Assembly (NCBI RefSeq): GCF_000002075.1
Contig: NW_004797349.1
Location: 1,584,776-1,648,775, forward strand
Length of the DNA stretch: 64,000 nt
Direction: 5' to 3'
Origin: Aplysia californica
Taxonomy: Eukaryota
Shown: positions 13,570 to 25,400 of the stretch, piece after piece
Numbering within the stretch: position 1 is the first letter of the stretch
Layout of the letters: the number at the start of each line of letters is the position of its first letter
Program-made: the position numbers and the translations under genes
The notes under the pieces: model-generated
Seen by the model: the letters and a program-made list of their open reading frames with translations, nothing else
Database searches by the model: none
Told to the model about the DNA's origin: nothing

Positions 13570-15300
13570 TAGGTTACGTGGTGATATGATAGAAACGTAC
13601 AAGTATATCAAAGGCTATATACATCACTGAAAGACCAGCGTTTACAAAGGCAACAACCAACAACTCCGTGGCAACTCAGATTCGAGAAGCTCCAGAAGCA
13701 AAGAAGCAGATTGTGTGTGAGGGCAAACTTTCTTGAGAATAGGGTTTAATACTAGGCCGGCACTATTTCTCCGAACGTTCGGGAAAATAAAGCTAGGCAC
13801 TATTTCTCCGAACGTTCGGGAAAATAAAGCTAGGATGCGCAGCTTCACTGACCGGTCATGATGGCCAGCTTGACAAGACGCTTGTATAACTTTCTTTTTT
13901 TTTTTCACTAGTGACAGCACAGAGCAAATATTGATTTATTTTCATGGCGACACAACGTTTGTATTGCACAACCTGCATGTTACAAATCTTGCGTTATCTG
14001 ACTATTACCGGAAAATTTCTGGGTGGTAACGAAAGGGAAAGTAGATCTTGATTCTTCCCGATCGAGCCTAAGTGTCACACATACACTTCTGTCATAGCGG
14101 TTCAATTATGTTTCCTTTTCATGATTCATCAAAAATACTGTCTAGATAGCTACACTACTAAGGCCCTGTCCTTTCCCGACTCATCACAAAATTCCCAACT
14201 TCCCGACCCATCACAAAATTCTCGACTTTCTCCCGATTTCCTGACCTGGTGGGGACCCTGTCCAGGTTCTAAATGATTACTATGATTTTACTGCAGATAT
14301 ACGTTGATTGATGCGTAGCGAGCAAGAGATACATCAAACCTTAAAACATCAAATTATGGTTAAATTCAGGGGAGCAAGTCCCCCTGAAATGCCCCTTTTA
14401 AAAACAAGTGAAATATTACTGCTCATTTTGTACTGAAAAGTAGTAGCATAACGCCTCTTGCTCTCTTTCGGACAAAACATGATAGATTATTTGGTATTTT
14501 TATAGAATCACTTCCGTTTCGTGTCACATCCACTACCGGAAATCAACTCCTTCACCACTTTAGTGCCGTCAGATGACGAATACGGTCAGTGCTTTTTTTA
14601 AGGCTTTGTTTTAGGCTTTGTTTTTTTTAAAGCATGCATTTGTAGTCATTAGGCATTAAGGGGGTTTCAAGGGGTCTCCCCCTGACGAGCGAGTACGTAT
14701 TAGCTGTGTAGTAGGGGAAATGATGTGCCATATAACATCTTAACTAATCATTTGCAACCTTTTTCAAAGCCCAAATCGTGTTCAGGGCCCTAAAAAAAAA
14801 ACTAACCTATACAGCTACAAAGTAATAATACCCTTTAATTAAGAGACGGGAGTGCTTCTATAAAGGAAGTGGCTATTCTCACCCCAGGTGAGAATAAAAN
14901 NNNNNNNNNNNNNNNNNNNNNNNNNNNNNNNNNNNNNNNNNNNNNNNNNNNNNNNNNNNNNNNNNNNNNNNNNNNNNNNNNNNNNNNNNNNNNNNNNNNC
15001 GTGGCAACTCAGATTCGAGAAGCTCCAGAAGCAAAGAAGCAGATTGTGTGTGAGGGCAAACTTTCTTGAGAATAGGGTTTAATACTATTTGGAACAATCT
15101 TCCCGATTCAGTGGTGTCAGCTCCAAACGTGGACACATTTAAGAGACGTCTGGATGAATACTTGAAAGATCTCCCAACTATTTACAACTCCACCTGCCAA
15201 AACTGATTTGTCTAGCCTGCACGTCATGCATTATTGTCGTTCATTACCAGATAGTTGAACAGGCTCTACTGAGAGCCTCAAACAACTTAATCGTCAATGT
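13570..15300 (+). mobile_element. CR1-type LINE 3' fragment (13570-13753 continuing at 15087-15300), split by duplicated block and gap
   Basis: Degenerate translation RLRGDMIETYK...LRG...WNNLPDSVVSAPNVDTFKRRLD, the conserved CR1 ORF2 C-terminus. Confidence 0.7.
13835..14899 (+). repeat. Near-identical duplicate of 10468-11531 (probable assembly artefact)
   Basis: By eye identical except one poly-A length. It ends at a 100-N gap, and 13668-13753 is also repeated at 15000-15086. Confidence 0.8.
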
Positions 15301-15377
15301 CAATGGTAGGCCAACTCTGCAACTCTTTCAATTAAGCTTTTTTTTTTGTTTCTAATTTTGTTTTTAAAAATTTGGAA

Positions 15378-15890
15378 GTGTTTTACGATGCTCGCAACTG
15401 CCTAAGGTCACATATGAGCACGCGGGACACATTAAACATTTTCAGTTGGTAGGAAATTTTGAATTTTGCTCGGGTGGCGGCCAAAGCCTACTCTTATTGA
15501 TTTTAGACCACCAGGGATCTTTAACGTGCACGACTTGCACACTGGATCCCTCCAAGGTTTTTCACCCTTGTCTGAGAAGGCTAGGTGTTGATCTTTCCTA
15601 TCAGAAGATCAGGGGTGTGGCTGAAAGACAGCAGTAAGGAGCCAAGGATGAGCAGCAGTAGAAAGGCTGCAGAAGTGGTCAGAACCCAGAGGAGGGTGCA
15701 AAAGGAGGTGAGAGGGTGGGGATAGAAAGTGGAGACGAAAGCAGACGACAGAACATTGCTAGTGAGCAGGAAAGGAGGTGAAAGGAGACAATTTTAGAGA
15801 AGAAAATTCTTTGGTTGCTACCCCGATTCAAACCCGAGACCTTTTGAATGAGAGGCAAACACCTTAACCTCCAGTCCACGTGCGCCCCTT
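15378..15890 (-). mobile_element. tRNA-derived SINE
   Basis: Minus-strand head cgtggactggaggttaagg...gggtttgaatcggg (degenerate A/B boxes); tail shared with the 2610 and 45384 repeats. Confidence 0.6.
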
Positions 15891-16432
15891 TTGTTTCTCA
15901 GAGTTCCTTTGACTCCATCAATCCATCTTAGGAGGCCCCTCAGGAGAGTGGTCCTGGCGTAACTCCATAGAAATTTATACACAAAATCAGAAACAAAAAC
16001 GGAAGTCGAGTAAAAAACTGACTGAGCTGCCAGGGTGAAAAGGCCACCGGTAAATTTATAGAAAAGGTCCCAACCCATTTTAGACTAGATCTATTTTTCA
16101 GCACTATTTTAACATCTTTTAGTGTGCTGATGACTTTTTGTGAATTTAGCAGGGGGGAGCACCACCCCCCCTCCCACCCCCAACCCCTTTTGCAGGGTGG
16201 GCGCACCCCCCCCCCCCCCTTTATCTTTTTGCAGTAATACTTCTAAATTCACAGTGAGAGCTTGGGAATAGGGGTATATTATTTTCTGTTCATGTATTAC
16301 TATTAATAATATTGCTTTGATACAAAGAGGTAAATTTTATATTCTTTTCCCCCACAGTGAAAGTTGGAGAAAAAGTCAAGACATGTTTTAGATAACTATT
16401 TTTGTTAAAGAAATTTGTCTAGTTACGTCAAA

Positions 16433-19400
16433 ATGTCTCATGAGTTCAGCGACGAAACTTTGGATCCAGTTGACTTCAAGTCGAGTTGGAAAAAGGAGAG
16501 GTAATTTTTTCTGCTTTGATCATTCTTCATAATCAGTGTTTGTGCCATTAATTAACGTAAACCTTTAACTCACATGAGCCTGAGTTATTTTTCATCCAAC
16601 AACCATTGCAGCCTGACACTTTTGGAGTATTATATTGAAGCGTTAACCATAAACAGACTGTGAAAGCTATCGTAATTTTTTTAATGCAACAAGAGAAAAA
16701 AAGAAATGCTCTCAAAGAAAAAGAAAACTGCATAAACTAATTTGTCCAAATAGTTTTTATTTTATCAACAATTTGAAATGGCAATTTTTTTGTGCCCAAT
16801 TTATAATAAAATCATTTATTGCAGTGCAGGGGTGACTGACTTACTCCATTACAGCTAAAAAGTATTGCACGCCACTTCCCGTAGCTTGTAACTGAAAAAC
16901 ACAGGAGATAAATCGATTAAAACGCATCCTATAAATACACAGGATTAAGCCGCGGTACGTCTAGTAAATAAATGGGAATAGGCTCAAATGTGTTAAAGCC
17001 CCTTGCTATGCTGTGGAAGAATATGCATATTCAAGTTCTTCCATCATTCTTATAATTGTTATAGAAAGGTAGGTCATTATTAATTTGTTACTTATGACAG
17101 TGGAGTCCACCGATAACGAGTCCTGAACTAACGAGAAATCTGTTGTAAAGCCGCTTTACCAACAGACACTCATACAATATGTATTCCCCTTTTTTTTGTC
17201 TCAGTTTATCATTACTCGAATGTGTGTTGTTTTATGTTGTTTGGTTGTGTTGTTTTTAGCATCACGTTACTAACTACTAACTCCAACTTTTCTCCACCTA
17301 TCTCTCAATGAAATCCAAAAAAATTATATAAATAGAAATGTGGTTCAATGTAGAATGTACATTCAGAAATTCATGAGGAAATATTCATAAATAAAAAAGT
17401 TATGGGAGGTAGAGTGGGGTCACCCTGAGCCGCCTTGGTTCTTGGGATTTCCCTTGGCGCAGGGGCCTATTTTCCTGCGGCATTGAAGGGGTTAATAAGA
17501 ATAATAAATGGGATAAATTGAAATGAGTAACAACTTTATTTTCTAAAGACTGTCACTAATGTGATGTAAGATATTCTATTGGTACCTTCAGTGTATCTGT
17601 CGCATACCTTTAAGCATGGCGCAAGGTTTTGTGTTTTAAATCCACCATCTGCAAACAGGAATCTAAGTCTTGTAGAAGTTTTTGTTATTTACTTTCCCAG
17701 GTCAGTCAATGAAGAGGGATGCCAAACAAAAGACATCCATACAGAGAGCGTTGAGATCCAGTCTTATGAAGTTTTTGATCAGGAAGTAAGTGGCTTATAT
17801 AAGTTGTCTTATCACACTCATCTCAAAGATACATTAAAGGGAATTGTATAGTTATCAACATTTATCAAATTATTTCGCAAATGAAATAGTTTTTGGAGAA
17901 TTTTGTTTCTTTGAGCTGAAATAAAGTGCATCAATTCATCTAGACAATAGATTGAGTCATGACGGTTATTTGCTGAGAAGAAGCGAGATGCTAAGCAGAA
18001 ATATCCATCTTTGCCATTGACTTTCATTAATAGAATTTGTGAAGAAATAATAATTGATACCTTGTTTCTGTATTACTGGTAGAAAATGTATCATTACAGA
18101 GCTGTATAGGTCATGATGCATCCATGATCAGACTTTCCTAGTCACATATATGTGTGTATCAAAAGTGAGACATTGTTGGCGACAAGACATCAGCTGTGAC
18201 AGAGATAAAGGAGAGGAACAGCTGATATACCATCAGTACTTGTTATGCAATGACAGCCATAAAAATGGTTTTGCCGGAACAGCAAGAGCAACAGCACTTG
18301 TGTTATTACTATTTTTTGTTCCATTCTTGTTCCATATTATCAGGTACAAACGGATTTAGATGGCGATAAAGGATATTATCAGCTGTCAGAATCAGAAAAT
18401 CAGGACCTGGCAGACTTCCTCCATTCTGTTGAGCCAATGGTTATGAAGTGTTTGGCAAACAACTTGAAGAGCCATGCTTTTGATGGTGAGTGTTAGGATA
18501 TTGCCAATAACTTATTAAAGCGTTTATGAGTATTATCCTTTACATGTCAACCAAACCTATCGCCTTTTGTTAGTGTAACTACTTGTTTTTTTCTATATTT
18601 TCTCTGAAATAACAAATTTTTAAAAGTTATTTTTAGGGTAAGTGATGTTCATGTATCTCAAAGTTGAAATGGTCAGAAATTCTGAAAGCTTTACTTATTA
18701 ATCAAAGGTATTGTTATGGTAGTGACATGGTATTATTGTTTGTGATTGATATTTTATCAAACGGATCTTTGATCAGAACTCTGGTCTATTTTTTTCCCTT
18801 TAAGTTTTTAATTTATTTAATGTATTTCTAATTATCTGTTTTTTAATTGCCACTCTTTTGATAAAGCATTTTTCTTATCTTGTAGCCCCTGGACAAAGTG
18901 TAACGGCAGTGTGTACATTTTTTTTTGTACAGGAGTCGTTAATCAGCAAGATGCTGCAACTGATGCAGTGACTTGTGTGCATACCTTGTGTAATGCAGAA
19001 CTGAAGGAAGAGGTAAAGAGAGATATGTTTTGACGTGTTAGGTTTGCAGCATCACTGTCATGGTCTATTTTTTTGCCCACTTACATCACTGTTTAGTAGG
19101 AAGTCTCTAAAGAAAACAAAAATGTGGAGATATTACAGAAACTATATTGGATTACAAAGTGCTTGATGTAGAAGAAAACATTCCATACAAATGATAAGTT
19201 TCAGTCTTTTAAAAAAATGTCTTCCTCTCAATGCCAATCTACTGATGAATCAATGCATTGTTCCCATGGTTTGGCTGTTTTATATGTCAAGCATAACATT
19301 GTACTGAAATAAAAAGAGAGATTTATTTTCATTAGATGCAAATACAGTACGTACTGCATAAGAGACTCAAAACTTTTTTTATCAAGGAAATAAGGAGTCT

Positions 19401-22400
19401 GTTATGGACCATTGTTTATTATTATTGTCACAGAGAAATACTTGTGAACATAAAATATGCTTTTGAATGCAGTAATTGGAGAAATGCTGTGTGTAAGTCT
19501 GTCCCCGTCGTTTTATGCAAGGAAAATTCTGAAATTATGCAAACTGAGTCCAAAAATGGGAAATTATGCGATTCTGGGGGGGTTTTTTAACAAAGAATGA
19601 TAAAGGAAAATAATCAGAAATTATGTACACAAAAAATAAAATTTTACTAAATTATGCGGGGTGCATAAAACCACGGGGACAGGTGAGAATTGAACATGGT
19701 ACTGTCTATATTAATGTGTTCAGAATTGTTCCATAGAGTATCTTGCACACCCAGTAGAAAATTAAATTTAAAGGCATGCGCAGAAATTTTGGAAAATATG
19801 AAGAACTCTTAGAATCTTACTCTCTTTTTTTCTATAACTTGTGTCATTTATCACACCTACTCATATACTTACTTCTTTGCCATAATTTCTTCCAGCTACA
19901 AATCACTGGTTTGTCTTGGAATGCCACAGGGTCAACTCTTGCAGCGACGTATCCTTTGCCTCATTTTAAATATATTGATTTGAATTAAGTATCAAAGTTC
20001 AAAATATTGGGATTTTCACCTGCCGTGTCTCTTATAAATTACATTCACAGACCTTTATTTAGGTGCATGAAATGTTGGACATATAACTTTAGTGCTTTAC
20101 TGTTCCTTATAATTTTAGTGAAATCTCCAAGAGTTACTATTACTAGTTTTGCATGTAATTTGAATATATATCTTTTTTCAATTTTCTTGATTCCTATTAA
20201 GCTCTCACAAAACGGGTCAGTCACTATAGCATGACTGGGTGCAAACCTAATGCTCAAGTGAAAGTTGTGGGAGTTTAGTTCAATGAGTTTTTCTTAATAT
20301 TTTAATGAATGTACTGGTTTTCGTGACTAAATAATGTTTCGTGCTCAGAATGTACATAAAACAACTGCGTAAATTTAGAATAAAACTTTTTTTAAATGTT
20401 ACCACATTCTGTAACAATTTTCACATCATAAATCAGCCAAGCAAGGAGAAGCAAGTTTTGAAAAACAGTCCAATAAAAAATTAAGAGTAAGAGATATGAC
20501 ATTCAAAATAAGACCAAAAACTCAGGGTAGCCAAACTTTAAACATCTGCAATGAAATGTCAGGAGGGGGTCTTTTTCCCTTCTTAGTTTTGATTTATTCC
20601 ATAAATGGAAATTGATCCATAAGAGACACATTTTTAATCCTTTAAATTTGACTTTTCTAAATTTTGGGTCATAATCAGTTTTAAACAGTCATGATTCTGG
20701 ATCATTTTACCAGGTCTGATTTATACTATCTGCTTCCCTTTGGCTGATTATGTTTTGTAAAAGCTTGGTACACATTGTAACTAGATGAAGCTTTATTCCA
20801 GCGTTGCATAGTTGTGCTGGGGTTTGGGGGTTATTTTTGTTGTTGTTGTTGTTTTTTTTATCTTTTTTTTTGCATCCTTACTGTTATTGACTATCTTTTA
20901 ATTCGATCTGATAGCCTGTTCTGACATTATTAAGTAAAAGACATATTGTTTATACTAAGCCTTAACCGAATACCTAGATACGGCAGGTTTGATCATGAGG
21001 ATTGGTGTACGCACCGCTCTACTCTGTGTACATGGAATCTGGATCGCCGTGCAGTGAAGGAAGACAAACCTGACACAGTCATCGACTCCCCTTGTTGCCT
21101 CATGTGTTTAGAGTTTCATCCTGTCAATCCTGCATGGCTAGTAGGAGGAAATTTCAATGGTACCGTATTAAAACTGTCCCCGTCGTTTTATGCAAGAAAA
21201 ATTCTGAAATAATGCAAACTGAGCCCAAAAATGTGAAATTATGCAATTCTGTTCATTTTAAGAAAGAATGATAAAGGAAAATAATCCGAAATTATGCAAA
21301 AAAATGATCAAATTTTGCTAAATTATGCGGGGTGCGTAAAACCACGGAGACAGCTAAAAACTTTGTGAGTTTGTTTATTTAGGTTATCTTATGTATTTAT
21401 TTTTTGTAGTCTTATCGTCTCTCTTTCCTCTCTCTATAGTGTCTTTTCCNNNNNNNNNNNNNNNNNNNNNNNNNNNNNNNNNNNNNNNNNNNNNNNNNNN
21501 NNNNNNNNNNNNNNNNNNNNNNNNNNNNNNNNNNNNNNNNNNNNNNNNNNNNNNNNNNNNNNNNNNNNNNNNNNNNNNNNNNNNNNNNNNNNNNNNNNAC
21601 ACCCACATGTAGACACACACACATACACACACACACACGTACACACACAAACATACTCTTTTGTACAGGAACATAACGCATGATTCTATAAATCAAGAAT
21701 AGCAAGAAAAGTCTGTTTCATCCTGATAGTGGCACATGTAACTTACGTTTGATACATGTTTTAATAAACAATCTCACCTTGCCAGTTTTATCAAATGTGG
21801 CCACAGAACAGTTTTCTGGCATTATTCATGGTTCTGAATGTATTTTTAATAATTGCACTGTCATTAGTCAAATTTTTTTTTAATCTAGGTGTTTTACATC
21901 TTCATCGACACATTTTAAATCACTTTTAGATGCAGGCTTCCTTAGACTTCCTACTGTGCCTGTCAGGGTCAACCTGGGTTGAGACGGATACAACATCCCA
22001 GCAATAAGCATAAGACAGATAAAATTCTAGCACATTATCAGAACAATGCAGAGTACAAACGTGGAGATGGTGATCATTTCATGTCACATATTCTCAAATC
22101 TTTCAACAACAGGAGAAGTGATAGTGTGGGATCTGAGTCGAGAGGATGACTTGGTGGTTGCCACATCAGGCATTGGCAATGACGCCCATCGTGAGCCAGT
22201 GTCCAAAGTGCACTGGATCAAAAGTCAGTCCTCAAAACGGAGAGAGTATGATGTAAGTAATTTTGTAAGTTTCCATCTTTTTGTTGTCCATTTTTCAAAA
22301 TAAATGGATTATATATGTGTTTACAAATTCTGTTATTAAGAAGGTTACAGTAAACAATGTCAAGTGAAAGCGATGACGCAGCTTTTAGATAAATTGTCGG

Positions 22401-25400
22401 TGAGATGGAACCAGCAGTGGTTCATTTGAAAAAATGTGATAACTTGCATTACGCAATATGTAATGTTACATGTGAATTATTAAACGTTTATGAATGACAT
22501 ACTGTTCTTACCCAAGTTTTCCCCTGGGAATAAGAAAGTTTTTCCTTTCTTTTATTACTGGTTTCTAAAGCCCCCCCCACCTTTCTTCCTTCTTTTGATT
22601 GAATTTACTAATAACTAATACTAATAACAAAAGTTTGAAGTCTGGACATCGATGGGTTTTTTAATTTTTCCAACCCTCTGGTAGAATTTTGTTGTTGAGC
22701 CCAGTGGCATGATGTTTGGGACATGGTGCTCCACTTTAAAATGTTTGTAAGTCGTGTCATGCAAGTGGAAATTCACTGTTAGTAAAGGTAAGTATCTGAA
22801 AGCTGCTCATCACTCCTAGGCCTCAGTCCACATCCACTGACTTCTCTTTTCATGTTGATGATTTTGTTTCATAATGCACTTTTTGCAGATTATAAGTGTA
22901 AGTGGAGATGGAAAAGTTCTTGTGTGGAAAGTTGATTTGAAGAAAGGAAGACTCAAACTCTCTTACGGGTAAATACATTTTTTGTTGATTTCTCTATTTA
23001 TGCTCTAGGCCTACATTCTTTTCAAATATTTTGTGTTCAGGTGTGAACTTAAATGTTGCTATCACTTCAAAAGAATGCTTGTCTTTGTTTGATCGTGCTT
23101 GACAGGGTGAGAAAAAAAAATGGGGTTACTCATTAATTTGTCTGTCAATAGTAGTGTACGCTTTTTATTAGATGCAAGAATCGTAGATTTCAATTTATTT
23201 GATAAGAAAATTGGTTGGTGCTGTAATGTAGTCTTATCCATTTGTTACTTTTAATGTTATTATTGTGTCACCTTTGTAATACCAACTCATCATAAAGCAC
23301 AGCAAACACTCTGAAGTCATTAAATGAATGTTTACTCTTCTTTGAAAAAGTCATGGATGAATAGCTATTCCTCTTTGACAAAGTCATGGAACAAATGTTT
23401 ACTCATCTTTTACAGTCGTGGAATGAGTGTGTACTCTTCTTTGATAGCTTTTCCTGCTGTTATTTCACTGCGAGTTCCACATACTGGTCTCACACTTTGC
23501 AAACGAAAGTATCAAAATAAAGATAGTTTTATTAATATACTTGTGACCTTGTGTACAAAGCGGAAAATGAAAGTGAACATCCTATAGCTATAAATGTATG
23601 TGATGATTTGAATATGGATGAATTTCGTTCTTATGAAAGGTTAGTTTTTGTCCTTTCACTCCACAATTCATTTCCTTTAAGAGTGATTGTTAATCCTGTA
23701 TTTCAGTTTTGTCGTGATGTCTCAGAGTTTACCAAGGTCCATGAAAGTGAGGGGAGTCAGAGGGGACAAAGAGGTCGGTGTCACGAGTATTTCTTTCAGC
23801 TTTGATGATCCTGACCTGTTTGTCTTGGGCTCGGAAAGTGGGTGCATTTTCAAGTGCAACCTTCATGCCAGTGGGAACCCTGCAGGCAGTAAGTTCTGTT
23901 GGGTTTTTTTCCACGCTATATGAAATTTTTCCGAATTGCGTTTTGGTTCACAAGAACAGTCAGCCGATATGTTCCTGAGAATGTCTACTCTTTGTCAATT
24001 ATGTTGAACTTCATTTTTCAGCACTTGGTATTTCTAAAAAACAATCATAACACAAAATAGACCTACTCATGATATTTTCTGAACAACATGCACTTCTTCA
24101 AAGTGAGTTAATTAAAAACACCTATGTGAAATAAAATGTTTCTGTGTTTACCTGTGTATGTATGAGGAGGGAGGTACAGTGGAACTTGGATTCAACGAAG
24201 TCGTCGGGCCTGGCCTATAGTTTCGTTGAATCTGAGTGCTCATTATGGCAAATTTAAGGTTTTTGTGTAGATAATTTCAGGCACCGAGCAAGTAATGTAT
24301 AATGTATTCGACTTTCTCAATCAAAAGTAGTTTGGTCTCAAATAAGAGGCCTTTTCGTTGCTTTGATACCAAAGAATAGTTGGAAAATTCCAGGAAAATA
24401 CACTGAACTCTACAAAGCACACACTGTGCAAAAGTGCTGATTTGTTCATATGCATCATCTATCATCTATAACTAATTGTTTGCCAAACAATTTATGTTGC
24501 TGTGTAGAGCCTAGCATATGACCACGTTTAATTCCACAGTCCAGTGCGCAATTCATTATGTAGATCTATGTCTAGACTAGCTTATCATTGTAATATTGAC
24601 CTGTAGCCGGGGAAAAAAATAACTGTGTCACGTTTGTATCTCTACTGATGTTCCATGCCGGGACCGTTCGTACCCCCTCTCCCCATCCCCCCAGACACAC
24701 CCACACACACACACATTCGCACGTCACATGTGTGCTGGCCGCCCATCCGATCACGACACACACTAAGACATGGGTGTGTGAAAACAACGCGTGTATTAGT
24801 ATGAAAGGAGGCTGCTGATTGGTCGTACAGAGCAGTTCACCTTACAAGCGACTTCGTTGAATCCAAGCTTGCTCATTTATCTCTTCAATAAATCTCTGAG
24901 TTTTTTAAATTGATTTTTATGAATTAAAAAATCGGGGAATCCAACTCCCTTTGTTGAATCCAAGTTTTAGTTGAATCCGAGTTCATTGAAACCGAGTTCC
25001 ACTGTATTTGTCTGCCGTTGATTGATTCATAGATTTGAAAAACACTTTTTATTTAATCTATTTCTATTTGTAATCGTTCTTTTCCATCCTTTTCAGGTCA
25101 TATAGTTTCATCTGTTCCGCTCAGTTCTCCTGTAACTTTCACCTACAACCCCCACCACGGCCCAGTTCACTCTGTGGATTGCTCCAACTTTCACCGCAAT
25201 GCATTTCTGAGTGCCGGTATGGACCAGTGTCTTCGGATTTACAACATGCTGCAGGTATGTGGACTGGGAAAAGAGGACTTGTTTTTTTATAGAGTGATAG
25301 AGAGAGGGAAAAGGTTTTTTTAATTCAAATGAGACTTGATAGACATGCTGCCTCTACCACTCATGACATCACATTCATATAATTGGGAGCCAGGGACATA

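Noticed and set aside
13560-13575. RFX X-box upstream of ciliary gene WDR34 (gttacctggtagg)
   Set aside because: The second half-site is imperfect and it overlaps the edge of a CR1 fragment.
23324-23447. CRISPR-like spaced repeats (also the ttaagcacg and actcgag arrays)
   Set aside because: Degenerate tandem or subterminal transposon repeats without unique spacers, in eukaryotic DNA with no cas genes.
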